Shown: positions 40,191-50,409, numbered from the stretch's first letter. The stretch is DNA of 64,000 nt from an uncultured archaeon (GCA_963817525.1 CAWFOU010000008.1:1-64000); one strand, 5' to 3'. Notes: generated by a model not told the origin, from the letters alone. Program-made: numbers and translations.

Positions 40191-40892
40191 TTGAAGGAAG
40201 ACGAGCTTTCGAGGGAGCTTAGGAAGCTCGGGCTCACCAGCTATCAGGCGAAGTGCTACGTGTTCCTGGTGAAGCTGGGGCCGACCGACCCCAGGAAGCT
40301 CGCCGCCAAGGCGTCGATGCCATACCCGAATGCCTACGAGGCGCTCGGGCGGCTGTCCGACCTCGGATGGGTGGAGCTCGTGACGAGGAGGCCCGCGGTC
40401 TACAGAGCGAGGGACCCGTCAACCATCCTCGAAGAGACCCAGTCCAAGCTCCGAGAGACCTTCGACTCGCTGGAGGCCATGTACAAAGCCACGCCTGCGG
40501 ACGAGGCGGAGCTCGTCTACACGCTCCGGGGGAAGGACAGGGTGCTCTCGAAGCTGGTGGAGATGATCAGGGGGTCCCGCTCCAGCATGATGCTCGTCAC
40601 CCCCGCGGAGACGCTCCAGGGGTCGGACATCCTGCTCGAGGAGATCCGAAGGGCCGCCTCGCGGGGGGTCGACATCAGGGTCATGACGGACGAGGCAGAG
40701 CTCAAGGGCCTGCCCGCCAAGGTGGAGGCGCGCACGGGCAGCATCGTCGCCTTCGACTTGCTAGTGGACGACAGGGCCGCGTTGATAGGGCTGCCGGACC
40801 TCTCGGCGGCGGGATGGGTGGAGAGCAGCGCGGTCGCGAGCCACTTCATGCAGTTCCTGGAGCTCCTCTGGAGCACCGGGTCTCAGAAATAA
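40191..40892 (+). CDS. TrmB-family transcriptional regulator
   Basis: LGLTSYQAKCY...YEALGRLSDLGWV...RPAVYRA. Confidence 0.9.
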   Translation: MKEDELSRELRKLGLTSYQAKCYVFLVKLGPTDPRKLAAKASMPYPNAYEALGRLSDLGWVELVTRRPAVYRARDPSTILEETQSKLRETFDSLEAMYKATPADEAELVYTLRGKDRVLSKLVEMIRGSRSSMMLVTPAETLQGSDILLEEIRRAASRGVDIRVMTDEAELKGLPAKVEARTGSIVAFDLLVDDRAALIGLPDLSAAGWVESSAVASHFMQFLELLWSTGSQK

Positions 40893-40970
40893 GAAAAGGG
40901 TGAAGGCGCCACCCGACCGCCTAAGAAAGCGGTCGGATGACCCGCTTCGAGCTGGATCCGCCTGACGCGG

Positions 40971-41618
40971 CTAGCTTCCGCTGCTGAAGACCGACTCGTC
41001 CTGGGCGGAGGGAACTTCTGGGAAGTTCTCGCCCATGCGCTTCTCGGCTATCGCAGCGGCCTCCGCCATGATCTTCTCTGACTCCTCGCTCGTCTCGGTG
41101 CTCATGAAGAAGCTGGAGCCCGTCAGCCCGCCGACGTCCGTCATCATCGTGCTGAGCTCGGTGCCGATGTCTCCGAGGGCTCCCTGCGCGTCTGGCAGCG
41201 CCGTCGCGAGGGACGTCCTGACGTTCTTTATCACGCCGATCGCCGGTGCGAGGACCGCGGTGAAGTCACCGAACTCGGTGACCGTCTGCAGCCTCATGGT
41301 GATCTGCTCTAGAGCAATCTTGGACTGGGTGACGATCTTGGTCATCTTCTTGACCTCGGCGAGCTCGTTGGAGTAGGCCTTGCTCGTCGCCTCGTCGTGG
41401 GCCTGGACGGCCGCGACCGTCTTCTTGAATATCGCCGTCTCCCTCTGCTTCATGCGATTCAGGGCGCCATCGAGCCGGTGTATCTCTTGGTTGAGCTGGC
41501 CGGTGGCCTTCTGAATCTGAGGCTTCAGCGGCTGTGGGCCCCTGATAGTCTCCCTTGTCTTCTGTCCGAAGCTTCCGTTGGAGGCTGCGGGTTTCCAGTT
41601 CTTCTCGAATTTGCTCAT
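40971..41618 (-). CDS. ESCRT-III/Snf7 (CdvB paralog)
   Basis: PLKPQI...AYSNELAEVKKM...ALEQITMRLQTV...SEKIMAEAAAIAE...FPEVP, typical of thaumarchaeal CdvB paralogs. Confidence 0.85.
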   Translation of the reverse strand: MSKFEKNWKPAASNGSFGQKTRETIRGPQPLKPQIQKATGQLNQEIHRLDGALNRMKQRETAIFKKTVAAVQAHDEATSKAYSNELAEVKKMTKIVTQSKIALEQITMRLQTVTEFGDFTAVLAPAIGVIKNVRTSLATALPDAQGALGDIGTELSTMMTDVGGLTGSSFFMSTETSEESEKIMAEAAAIAEKRMGENFPEVPSAQDESVFSSGS

Positions 41619-41704
41619 GTCGGTGAATCTCTCGGCATCGATGTGCCATGAGACGGAGATACCGTGCCGAGACAACAAGGTTTGATGGTGTGGTAAAGTT
41701 TGGT

Positions 41705-42481
41705 TTACTCCGAAGCGGGACGCCGGCGTTTGACGTCATGCTCCTGCTGCAGCTTGAGCATCTTCGAGACTATCTTTTCGTGCTTCTCTTCGTCCGCGTC
41801 TATCCACTGGAAGAGGAGCTGGGCGATGGGGTGGCCGATGTGGATGCTCCCGGCGAGGCTGGCCTCGTTGGCGGAGTCCTCCAGCTCAATCAGGCTCTGG
41901 AGTATCGCCTTGCCGGGCATCTCGATGTCCGTCTCCCTCCCCGACTCGAGCCAGGATATGACCTGAGAGACGACGTCCCCGTGCCTTATGCTGTCCGCGG
42001 CTATCATTCTCAGGAGCATCTTGGAGTAGTCGTCCGCGGTCTGGTTGGACAGCTCGAGGTACTTCTCCGCGGCGGTGAGCTCCAGCCTGAGCCTCTCCCT
42101 CAGGACCCTCAGGGCCTCGTCCCGCTCGGGCCTCTTCGGCCGCTCCTGCGCTACCATCCTACCCCGGTTCATCACCATCACCTGGCGGGCCGTCTCGACG
42201 AGCTCCGTGGTCTCTATCCCTCCCAGCCCGGAGCGCAGCCTCTTCACGAGCTTCTCGGCGAGGGGGTCTATGAGGCGGTCGATCGAGGCGAGGTCAGGGG
42301 TGCTCCCACCCCTCTTCCGCTTGAGGTATTGGGTCACCGCAGACTGGGTGACGTTGAGCGCCGCCGCGGCCTCCTTCGGCCTGAAGCCCTCCTTCACCAG
42401 GCGCTCCGCGAGCCTCGCGCGTATCATCGGGATGAGCCGCTCCTCGCTCTTAAAGTCGGGGGGAAGCCGCCCTGATGACAC
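41705..42481 (-). CDS. HTH regulator fused to a ferritin/rubrerythrin-like domain
   Basis: AAAALNVTQSAVTQYL; E...DSIRH and E...DEEKH di-iron-like pattern. Confidence 0.7.
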   Translation of the reverse strand: MSSGRLPPDFKSEERLIPMIRARLAERLVKEGFRPKEAAAALNVTQSAVTQYLKRKRGGSTPDLASIDRLIDPLAEKLVKRLRSGLGGIETTELVETARQVMVMNRGRMVAQERPKRPERDEALRVLRERLRLELTAAEKYLELSNQTADDYSKMLLRMIAADSIRHGDVVSQVISWLESGRETDIEMPGKAILQSLIELEDSANEASLAGSIHIGHPIAQLLFQWIDADEEKHEKIVSKMLKLQQEHDVKRRRPASE

Positions 42482-42525
42482 GGAGGCCGAGCGGGGAGGA
42501 GGCGCTAAATCCTTTGTGCCGGGGT

Positions 42526-44322
42526 TTAGGCTGCCTCGCCCATCTCGTAGGCGTCGATGGTGTCGTTGATCAGGTCAGCGAGCACCACCATCTTCGCCTT
42601 CAGCGTGTCGAGCTTCACGTTCTCCTTCGCGTAGTCGAGGGGGAGCGCCATTATGGCCTTCAGCTCCGCGGAGGCCTTGTCGAGCTGGACTATCCTCTCC
42701 CGCGGCAGGAGCAGCTCCTCCTGGACCTTCTTCGCCTTGTAGATCAGCTGGTCGCCGTTGTTGATGAGCAGCGCCTCCTCCCTCCTCGCGCGGTCTATAC
42801 CGGAGAACGTCTTGCTCTCCTCGATGAGCCTCTTCCTCTCCTCCTCGGAGATCTTCATCCTCCCCGTGATGTTGACCCTCTGCTCGACGCCGCTCGCGAG
42901 CTCCTTAGCTGAGACGTGCATTATGCCGTTGGCGTCAATCTCGAACCCCACGACTATCTGCGTAGCCCCTCTCGGCCTCGGGGCGAAGCCCTCTAGGTCG
43001 AAGCGCCCTATCGAGACGCAGTCCACGGCCATCGTACGCTCCCCCTGGACGACGTGGATGTTCACCTCTGTCTGGTTGTCCTCGGAGGTGGTGAACGACT
43101 GCGTCTTTGAGACGGGTATCGGCGTGTTCCTGTAGATTATCTTCTGCACGGTCCCCGCGGCGTCCTCTATCCCCAAGGTGAGCGGGGTCACGTCGAGCAG
43201 CTTGTAGTTCAGCTTCCCCGCGAGGACCGCGCCCTGGTAGGCCGCCCCGATCGCGACACACTGCATCGGGTCCACGCCCTCTTCCGCGGGCTTCCCCATG
43301 TACTCCTCAACCACCCGCCTGACGAGGGGCATCTTGGTCTGCCCTCCGATGAGGATGAGCTTGTCGATGTCTTCCGGGCTGAGCCTTGAGTCGATGAGGA
43401 CGGTCCGGATGGTCGTGTTCACCCTCTTCACTATCGGCAGGGCGAGGTCCTCGAGCTCCGCCTGCGTCAGCTCGTACTTCAGGTGCTTGGGGACGCTCCC
43501 CACAGTCGCGAGGAACGGGACGCCCACCTCGACGGTGAGCTCGTTGGAGAGTTCTATCTTCGCCTTCTCGGCGGCCTCCTTGAGCCTGACCATCGCGGGG
43601 ACGTTCTCCCGGAGGTTGACTCCGTTCTCGTTGTAGAACTGGTTCGCCAGCCTCTGGACGATTGCGTTGTCTATGTCCGTACCTCCCGTCTGGGTGTCGC
43701 CGCTGGTGGCGAGGACCCTGTAGGTCTCGCCCTCTATCTCCATCGTGGTGACGTCGTGGGTGCCACCGCCGAAGCTGAACACCATGATCCTCATCTTGCC
43801 TTGCGTGCTCGAGGCGGCCCTGTCCAGGCCGTAGGCGAGGCACGCGGCGGTGGGTTCGTTGATTATCCTGATGACCTCGAGGCCTGCCATAGCCCCCGCC
43901 TCCATGGTGGCCTGCCTCTGGTTGTCGTTGAAGTGCGCCGGGACGGTGATGACGGCCTTCCTGACCGCCGCCCCTAGGTACGCCTCGGAGTCTGACTTTA
44001 TCTTGCGGAGGATGAACGATGAGATCTCCTCGGGGCTGTACTTCTTCCCGTTGACCTCGACCTTGTACTCCGTGCCCATCTTCCGCTTGATCTCGAGGAC
44101 CGTGCCGTGCGGGTTGAGAGACATCTGCCTCTTCGCCTTCTCGCCCACCACGACGGTGCCGTCGGGCATGAAGGCGACGACCGAGGGGAACATCTTCCCC
44201 TGGACGGCTTCGCCGTCCTGGCTAGGGACAGAGATCGCCCCCGACCCCTCGTAGACCGCGGCCGCGGAGTTGGTCGTCCCCAGGTCGATCCCGAGGATCT
44301 TCTCCGGGGCGGAGGATGCCAT
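42526..44322 (-). CDS. Hsp70/DnaK-family protein, atypical paralog
   Basis: GIDLGTTNS, TVPAHFND, INEPTAA, LLDVTPLTLGIE; variant FSFGGGTHD. Confidence 0.92.
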   Translation of the reverse strand: MASSAPEKILGIDLGTTNSAAAVYEGSGAISVPSQDGEAVQGKMFPSVVAFMPDGTVVVGEKAKRQMSLNPHGTVLEIKRKMGTEYKVEVNGKKYSPEEISSFILRKIKSDSEAYLGAAVRKAVITVPAHFNDNQRQATMEAGAMAGLEVIRIINEPTAACLAYGLDRAASSTQGKMRIMVFSFGGGTHDVTTMEIEGETYRVLATSGDTQTGGTDIDNAIVQRLANQFYNENGVNLRENVPAMVRLKEAAEKAKIELSNELTVEVGVPFLATVGSVPKHLKYELTQAELEDLALPIVKRVNTTIRTVLIDSRLSPEDIDKLILIGGQTKMPLVRRVVEEYMGKPAEEGVDPMQCVAIGAAYQGAVLAGKLNYKLLDVTPLTLGIEDAAGTVQKIIYRNTPIPVSKTQSFTTSEDNQTEVNIHVVQGERTMAVDCVSIGRFDLEGFAPRPRGATQIVVGFEIDANGIMHVSAKELASGVEQRVNITGRMKISEEERKRLIEESKTFSGIDRARREEALLINNGDQLIYKAKKVQEELLLPRERIVQLDKASAELKAIMALPLDYAKENVKLDTLKAKMVVLADLINDTIDAYEMGEAA

Positions 44323-44422
44323 CAGAATTTTTTGGCGAGTTTGGGGTCTATAAGACTTCGTCAACACGAAACGATTCTCTCGTCAGGAATGCGGCACGAG
44401 ACGAATCGGTTCGCGCGCCGCT

Positions 44423-45520
44423 CTAGCTCGACGTCGAGCTCCTCAAGGCTTGGCCGAAGGACTCGACGAAGAACTTCGCTTGCTTCTCGGTGAGGTTCCC
44501 AAAGTGACCCACCCTGAGCATCTTGGTGTTGTTCTCCCCCAGACCCCTCGCGACGTCTATCCCGTATTGCTCGCGGAGGTTCTTCTGGATGGTGGGGGCC
44601 GCACCTGGGGCGGTCCAGATGCCCGTGACGGTGTCAGCCCGGTATCCCTCCTCGACCACGAGCTTGCTCTTCGTGGCCTCCACCCCATCCCTGATCGTCT
44701 TGGCGTTGCTCTTGTGCCTCTTCCACCTCTCGTCGAGCCCCTCCTCCTCAACCTCTTTGAGGGCCTGGTTGAGGGCTTGCATGAGCTGCACGGCCGGGGT
44801 CGCAAAGTATGAGCGGGGGTCGTCCATCACCCCCTTCCACCTCAGGAGGTTCGCATAGTAGGTCCTGACCCTGTCCTTCTTCGCCTCGAGCTGCGCCCAG
44901 AACCCCTGCGACACCGCTATCAGGACGGCTCCAGGCGGCGCGGCGAGCGCCTTCTGGGAGCCTGCGAAGGCCAAGTCCGCCCCTATCTTGTCAAAGTCGA
45001 GCTCGATCCCGCCGACCGAGCAGACGCCGTCGACGATCGCCAGGACGCCTGCCTCCTTCGCCTCCTTCACGATCTCGGCTATGGGGTTGCAAACGGTCGT
45101 CCCCGTGTCGACGTGGGTCACGTAGAGGGCCTTGAATCGCCCGCCCGCGAGCTTCTTCCTCACCGCGTCGGGGTCGGCATGGAGCCCGAAGCCGGTCCCG
45201 AGCTCCTCCACCTCCGCGCCGTAGCACCTGTTGATGTCCACCATCCGCTGGCCGAAGTATCCCGTGTTGAGCGCGAGGACTCTGTCTCCGGGCTGGACCG
45301 TGGCTGCCACCGCCGCTTCCATCCCCACGGTCCCCGTCCCCGTGAAGACGAACTGGTAGCCTTTTTCGTTCTTGAACACCTTCCTAGCGAGCTGGACGGT
45401 CTCGGAGAAGTTCTTGGCGAATTCCGGGTCGGTGTGCCCCAGCTGAGGCTGGGACAGGACCTCACGGACGCGGGTCGAGAGGTTGGTTGGGCCCGGCACC
45501 ATCAGGAGTCTTTCTTCCAT
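44423..45520 (-). CDS. Class V aminotransferase (serine-pyruvate/alanine-glyoxylate type)
   Basis: LMVPGPT, GTGTVGMEA, HVDTGT, GSQKALAAPPG, RVGHFG. Confidence 0.9.
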   Translation of the reverse strand: MEERLLMVPGPTNLSTRVREVLSQPQLGHTDPEFAKNFSETVQLARKVFKNEKGYQFVFTGTGTVGMEAAVAATVQPGDRVLALNTGYFGQRMVDINRCYGAEVEELGTGFGLHADPDAVRKKLAGGRFKALYVTHVDTGTTVCNPIAEIVKEAKEAGVLAIVDGVCSVGGIELDFDKIGADLAFAGSQKALAAPPGAVLIAVSQGFWAQLEAKKDRVRTYYANLLRWKGVMDDPRSYFATPAVQLMQALNQALKEVEEEGLDERWKRHKSNAKTIRDGVEATKSKLVVEEGYRADTVTGIWTAPGAAPTIQKNLREQYGIDVARGLGENNTKMLRVGHFGNLTEKQAKFFVESFGQALRSSTSS

Positions 45521-45596
45521 CGCGTCGGCCGCCGTCAAGGCGATTCTTAAGCCCACGTCCGGTGGCTGGCACACGCCTGGGCGATGCCAGAGGGTG

Positions 45597-46856
45597 CTAG
45601 GGGTTCCGCGTGCGGGGAGGCTCTTGCGGCTCCACGACCAACCATGCAGGTTTCAACGTCCGATGGGTGCTGATGCAATCGAAGCAGAAGGGAATCCAAC
45701 CGGCCTTCGTGGTCTGCATGGCCGCGCTCACTACTTTTGATTCGTCGAGCATCATCGGCGGCTCGTGGATCCTGATCTCGTTCCGCACCTGCTTTCCGCA
45801 TCGGACGCAGTTGTAGTTTGCCGGGGTGATCTGCCACGCCGGTCCCAGCGCGCCCAGCGCGGTGGACGCCATCTGGCTCGTCCTCTCTGTCTCCTGCTCC
45901 AGCAACGACGCCGAGTCCCACAAGCTCTCGAAGAGCAGGAGGTTGGCGCGTGTGGTGACTGGGTTGGTCGAGTACACCGCTGATCTTACCGCCTCCAGGA
46001 AGTCATCCTGGGAGTCGTCCTTCTTCTCTATCAGAAGCGAGCTCTTGCGGTCTACGACAAGGATGGTTACGGCCTGCTCCTCTCCCCTCGGCGAGATGCG
46101 CTGAAACCTGATCGGGGATTTTCTTTGTCCCGTCGCCGACATGCCCGCCAGCATGTCCTCCACTCTCAAGTCCATCGGCGTGAGCAGCCGGACCTTCAGA
46201 CCACGGTTCGTCGCGCCTTCCTCCAACGCGCTGATCATCCCCATCCTTTCCGCGCGGAGGAGCGAGTTGGCGCTCGCGACGAAAAGGAGGGCTTCTTCCC
46301 TTGCCTGATCGATGAGTTCGAACGCCCTGTTTCGGATCTTTACGGGATCGTAGATCAGTTCAGTCTGACTCGGGATCACGCCCAACTCTATCTCGGCGAT
46401 CCTCTGCTCCGCCGGCACACCGCGCTCCCAGAGCACATCGAAGAGCGCTTGATGATGTTTGACCACATTCTCCTCGTTGCTGTAAAGAAGCTTCCCGCCC
46501 GGGTTGAACTCCTGTGTACCCAGCGTCGCCAGATATTCGCTGTCGTTGACCGCGAAGTTCCCGCCAATTCCGTAGACGTGGCGGATCTGGACGCCATCCT
46601 TCGAAGAGGCCTTGAGATACTCAAGGTTATCCTTGTCTATCTCTGTGACCAGTCGTAGCTTTCCGCCTCTGGCGGCTATCCCATAGTAGAGCTCGTTGAT
46701 CCTCAAGTTGATCTCGCGCGGCGGTATCGCGACGGCGCAAATGTCCATCCGGCTATTCGCATTCCTGAAGAAATCGTACACAGCCTCCAAGACGTTTTCT
46801 GTGCCGTAGATCACCTCGGTCCTGTCGTCCGTGGGTTCAGGCGCTGATGACGACAA
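45597..46856 (-). CDS. Tandem TrmB/PLD-like sensor domains with C-terminal CxxC...CxxC
   Basis: RTEVIYGTENV, LRLVTEIDKDN, FDVLW, ILVVDRKSSL, FESLW resemble Nitrososphaera kinase N-termini; no kinase core. Confidence 0.6.
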   Translation of the reverse strand: MSSSAPEPTDDRTEVIYGTENVLEAVYDFFRNANSRMDICAVAIPPREINLRINELYYGIAARGGKLRLVTEIDKDNLEYLKASSKDGVQIRHVYGIGGNFAVNDSEYLATLGTQEFNPGGKLLYSNEENVVKHHQALFDVLWERGVPAEQRIAEIELGVIPSQTELIYDPVKIRNRAFELIDQAREEALLFVASANSLLRAERMGMISALEEGATNRGLKVRLLTPMDLRVEDMLAGMSATGQRKSPIRFQRISPRGEEQAVTILVVDRKSSLLIEKKDDSQDDFLEAVRSAVYSTNPVTTRANLLLFESLWDSASLLEQETERTSQMASTALGALGPAWQITPANYNCVRCGKQVRNEIRIHEPPMMLDESKVVSAAMQTTKAGWIPFCFDCISTHRTLKPAWLVVEPQEPPRTRNP

Positions 46857-46932
46857 AAAAGCCCCGGCACTCCTTCGCGGCGCGGATTTATTTGAGTGTT
46901 CTCTAACAAAGTTCGTAGCGCGGCAGGGCGTC

Positions 46933-49059
46933 TCAGGCGGGTTGACGAGAGGGTGGGGAGACCTCCTCGACAGCGTGCAGCGGATGGACGACCTTCAGGC
47001 CCAGGCCGTCGGAGATCTGCATCGAGCAGACGCTGCTCTCGGTTGCCACCAGCTTGCGCCCGCTCTCCCTGAAGAGGCGGAAGAGGTGGTCCCCGACCTG
47101 CATCGAGAGGTTGTATCCCAGGTCGCCGTGCTTCATCCCGAAGGTCCCCGCCATCCCGCAGCAGGTGCCGTTCTCGACTACCTGGACCTTGTAGCCCGCA
47201 GCGATGAGGAAGTCGATGGCCGGCCTCCCTCCCGACACCGACCGCTCGTGGCAGGGGATGTGGAAGCCTATGGCTTCCTCCGTGGGATACGCTGGCTTCA
47301 GCTGGAGGCTGGCGAGCCTGGGCTGCACGAACCCGAAGAACGGGAAGCTCATCTCGCGCGACCTCTCCGCGAGCTCGCCGGGGACGAGTGTGGGGTAGAC
47401 CTCCCTCAGCATGTAGACCGCCGTCGGCTCAGTGGAGACCACGGAGTACCCTTGGTCGAGGTACTTTCTCAGGGAGTCCAGGTTGCTCTTGGCGACTGAC
47501 GTGGCCTTGGAGAGGTTCCCGTAGGAGATGTAAGGCATCCCGCTCCACTTTAGGTTCGGGACCTCCACCTTGTAGCCCAGCGCGACGAGCATCCTCACCG
47601 CCCTGACCCCGAGCTGCGGGTCGTTGTAGTCGGCGTAGACGTCGGGGAAGAAGACCACCTTCCCAGCTTCCCCGGTCCCGTTGCCGAGGGGCTTGAGCCT
47701 CGCCCTGAGCCTCTTCCTCGAGAAGGCTGGCAGCGTCCGCCTCTTGTCCACGCCGACCAGCGACTCCATCACGGCCCTGGTCGCCCCCCGTCGCAGGAGC
47801 CAGTTCGAGGCGGGGGCGGTCGCGCTCGCGACCTTGGCCAGGGTCTCCGAGGCCATGAAGAAGTCGTTGACGAGGAGCTGGCCGTTCTCGTCGACGTCCT
47901 CCTCCTTCACCTTGGCGATCATCATGGGGATGTTGATGTCGACGGGGCAGATCTCCTTGCAGAGCCCGCACGAGACGCAAAGGTGCGCGAACGCGGCCTT
48001 GTCCAGCCCGTGCACCTCGGCCGTCCAGGGGATCCCGATGGGGCCCGGGTAGATGTACCCGAAGGTGTGGCCTCCCGCGATTCCGTAGGTGGGGCAGACG
48101 TTCATGCACGCCCCGCACCTGATGCAGTTCAGGGCCTCGGAGAACCAGGGGTCGTCCCTCATCGCCGACCTGCCGTTGTCCAGGATGATTACGTGGTACT
48201 CCCTCCCCTCAGTGGAGCCCGCGAGGGGGCCGTGCTGGGTGATCACCGAGACGTAGACCGTCATGTTCTGGCCGGTGGCGCTCGCGCTATGCCCCTTCAC
48301 GAGGTAGGCGGCGTCGGTCCACTTGGGGACTATCTTCTCCATCCCGATTAACACCAGGTGGATCTTCGGGAGGCTGGTGACCAGCCTGCCGTTGCCCTCG
48401 TTCGTCTCTATCACTATCGAACCCGTCTCGGCCACCCCGATGTTGGCCCCGGAGACCCCGATGTCGGCCGTGAGGAAGAGCTGGCGCAGGTAGGCCCTCA
48501 CGGCCTCCAGGATGGGCTGGTCCTCGGGAGGTATCTCCCTGCCGACGGCCTTTGAGACGAGCTCGGCGATCTCCTTCACCGACTTGTGCGCCGCCGGCAT
48601 CACGAGGTGCACCGGGGTCTCCCCCGCGACTTGGATGATCAGCTCCCCGAGGTCGGTCTCGACCGACCGTATCCCGACCTTGTCCAGCTCGTGGGTGAAC
48701 TCTATCTCGTCCGACGTGAGGGACTTGGCCTTTACTATCAGCTTCGCGTCGACCCTCTTGGAGAGCTCCTCGACGTAGCGCATAGCGTCGGCACCGGTCT
48801 TGGCGAGGAAGACCTGTCCGCCGTTCTTCCGGACGTTCTCGGCGAACTCCTCGACGAGCCGCGGGTTCGCGACCGCTCTAGTCTTCAGGGCCTTGTTCGA
48901 CTCCTTGATGGCGTGGATGTCGAGCTGCTTCTCCTTGGCGAGGAGGGCCGCCCTGTTTGCCCTGGCCTTTGTCATCGAGTTCCAGAACTTCTCCGAGGAC
49001 TCCTTGTCGTTGAGCGAGCGCTTGAGCTTGTCAAGCAGCGCCTGCCTGCTGCTGGTCAT
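46933..49059 (-). CDS. LutB/LldF-like Fe-S protein fused to CCG (GlpC/GlcF-like) domains
   Basis: ETDLGELIIQ, NEGNG, CIRCGACMNVCP, CVSCGLCKEICP, HIPCH, CCGMAG. Confidence 0.88.
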   Translation of the reverse strand: MTSSRQALLDKLKRSLNDKESSEKFWNSMTKARANRAALLAKEKQLDIHAIKESNKALKTRAVANPRLVEEFAENVRKNGGQVFLAKTGADAMRYVEELSKRVDAKLIVKAKSLTSDEIEFTHELDKVGIRSVETDLGELIIQVAGETPVHLVMPAAHKSVKEIAELVSKAVGREIPPEDQPILEAVRAYLRQLFLTADIGVSGANIGVAETGSIVIETNEGNGRLVTSLPKIHLVLIGMEKIVPKWTDAAYLVKGHSASATGQNMTVYVSVITQHGPLAGSTEGREYHVIILDNGRSAMRDDPWFSEALNCIRCGACMNVCPTYGIAGGHTFGYIYPGPIGIPWTAEVHGLDKAAFAHLCVSCGLCKEICPVDINIPMMIAKVKEEDVDENGQLLVNDFFMASETLAKVASATAPASNWLLRRGATRAVMESLVGVDKRRTLPAFSRKRLRARLKPLGNGTGEAGKVVFFPDVYADYNDPQLGVRAVRMLVALGYKVEVPNLKWSGMPYISYGNLSKATSVAKSNLDSLRKYLDQGYSVVSTEPTAVYMLREVYPTLVPGELAERSREMSFPFFGFVQPRLASLQLKPAYPTEEAIGFHIPCHERSVSGGRPAIDFLIAAGYKVQVVENGTCCGMAGTFGMKHGDLGYNLSMQVGDHLFRLFRESGRKLVATESSVCSMQISDGLGLKVVHPLHAVEEVSPPSRQPA

Positions 49060-49685
49060 CTCCCCCCTGCCCCCCCTTGCCAGTCGAGGATGATGGCGTG
49101 GATCGTGTGAGGCCCGTGCACACCGTAGAGGAGCCTCATCTCGATGTCCCCAGTCTTGCTCGGGCCTGAGATGAAGGAGACGATGGGCTTCCTGGAGCCG
49201 GGCGACGCCTTGACCAGCTCCCCGACCATTGGGAGCGCCTCGGCGAGGTCTCGGAGGATGCTGGAGCGCTCCAGCAGCGCGACGTGGATTATCGGGAGCG
49301 AGGAGGCGAGCTTTGCCGAGTCATCGTAGACCACCTCGAGCATGGCCCCCTCGAGCGCCACCCCGTTGACGGCCCACGTCACCCCGGCGTCAGCGGCGGC
49401 GAGCACCCCGACCGCCTCGCTGGGCCGCCCGTTCTGGAGGTCTTCGACGTAGTCCGCCTTCAGGCCGGTGAGCGCGGCGCCGACCGCCTCGGCGTATTGG
49501 GGTGGCACCCCCGCCACCACGACGGACTTGCAGCCCGCCTTTGACAGGATGGTGCGCAGCGCCTCGGCGGTCTCGGCCTCGTCCTTGGCCATGTGGGGCT
49601 CGACGTGAAGGTCCCGCAGAGAGCTAAGAAACTTCTGGACGACCTCGGCCGCGGGTCCGCTCTGCGCCCCGGTTGGTCTCTCCAT
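49056..49685 (-). CDS. LutC/LldG-like LUD domain protein
   Basis: FISGPSKTGDIE...GVHGP. Confidence 0.9.
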   Translation of the reverse strand: MERPTGAQSGPAAEVVQKFLSSLRDLHVEPHMAKDEAETAEALRTILSKAGCKSVVVAGVPPQYAEAVGAALTGLKADYVEDLQNGRPSEAVGVLAAADAGVTWAVNGVALEGAMLEVVYDDSAKLASSLPIIHVALLERSSILRDLAEALPMVGELVKASPGSRKPIVSFISGPSKTGDIEMRLLYGVHGPHTIHAIILDWQGGAGGR

Positions 49686-49791
49686 TTGTTGGCGCACTCG
49701 CCGGCGCGCGGCGCTTTAAATGCGCCGCGGTCGAGCTTTCGGCAGGTGTCGTCCGGGCGTTTGAGGCTTCGTCGCAATATTCATAAACGCC

Positions 49792-50283
49792 GTGAAACGA
49801 CCGAATATTCTCGTGAGCAAGAGACTAAACACTCAGAAGTACGCTGTGAGCATGCCGGAATTATGGAACAACTCTGAGATGCTCATGAGCGAGGTTCCCG
49901 CGCTCCTAAAGGCCGCGGAGAACACCTCCTATGAGGGAAGGACGTTCACCTACGCGAGGGGAGGCCCCGGTGGGGTGCTCGCCTTCAGGGAGGCCTCGGA
50001 AAAGTCTTGGATAGCGCTATCACAGGTGACCGACATCCTGGTCGAGAAGCTCCTTCACAAGGTCCCGAAGGGATCCTACGAGCGCAGGCTGGCCCTCAGG
50101 GAGATAGAGGCAAAGTGGCCAGAGGTCGCCTCGAACCGCTTCTACGACCGGTACGCGGCGCTGACCAGCTACCTGAGGAACAACCAGGTCTACCTGACCG
50201 CGCTCGACCTCGAGATGTTGAGGTTCGAGGTCGGCAGGCTCAACGTCTACATCACCGACGTCAAGGGCGTCATCTCAAAGTAA
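49792..50283 (+). CDS. PaREP1/HEPN-fold-like protein
   Basis: FREASEKSWIA motif; start uncertain. Confidence 0.5.
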   Translation: MKRPNILVSKRLNTQKYAVSMPELWNNSEMLMSEVPALLKAAENTSYEGRTFTYARGGPGGVLAFREASEKSWIALSQVTDILVEKLLHKVPKGSYERRLALREIEAKWPEVASNRFYDRYAALTSYLRNNQVYLTALDLEMLRFEVGRLNVYITDVKGVISK

Positions 50284-50409
50284 CACGAGCGTCGCGACCT
50301 GAGCGGGATGGTATTTTTCGAGCCAGCGAGAGCTAGGGTAGATGGCGAACCCCCGTCACGCGATGCAGAACCTCCGCTAGGATTAGGTGCTATAGTTCTC
50401 TAGATTTCC

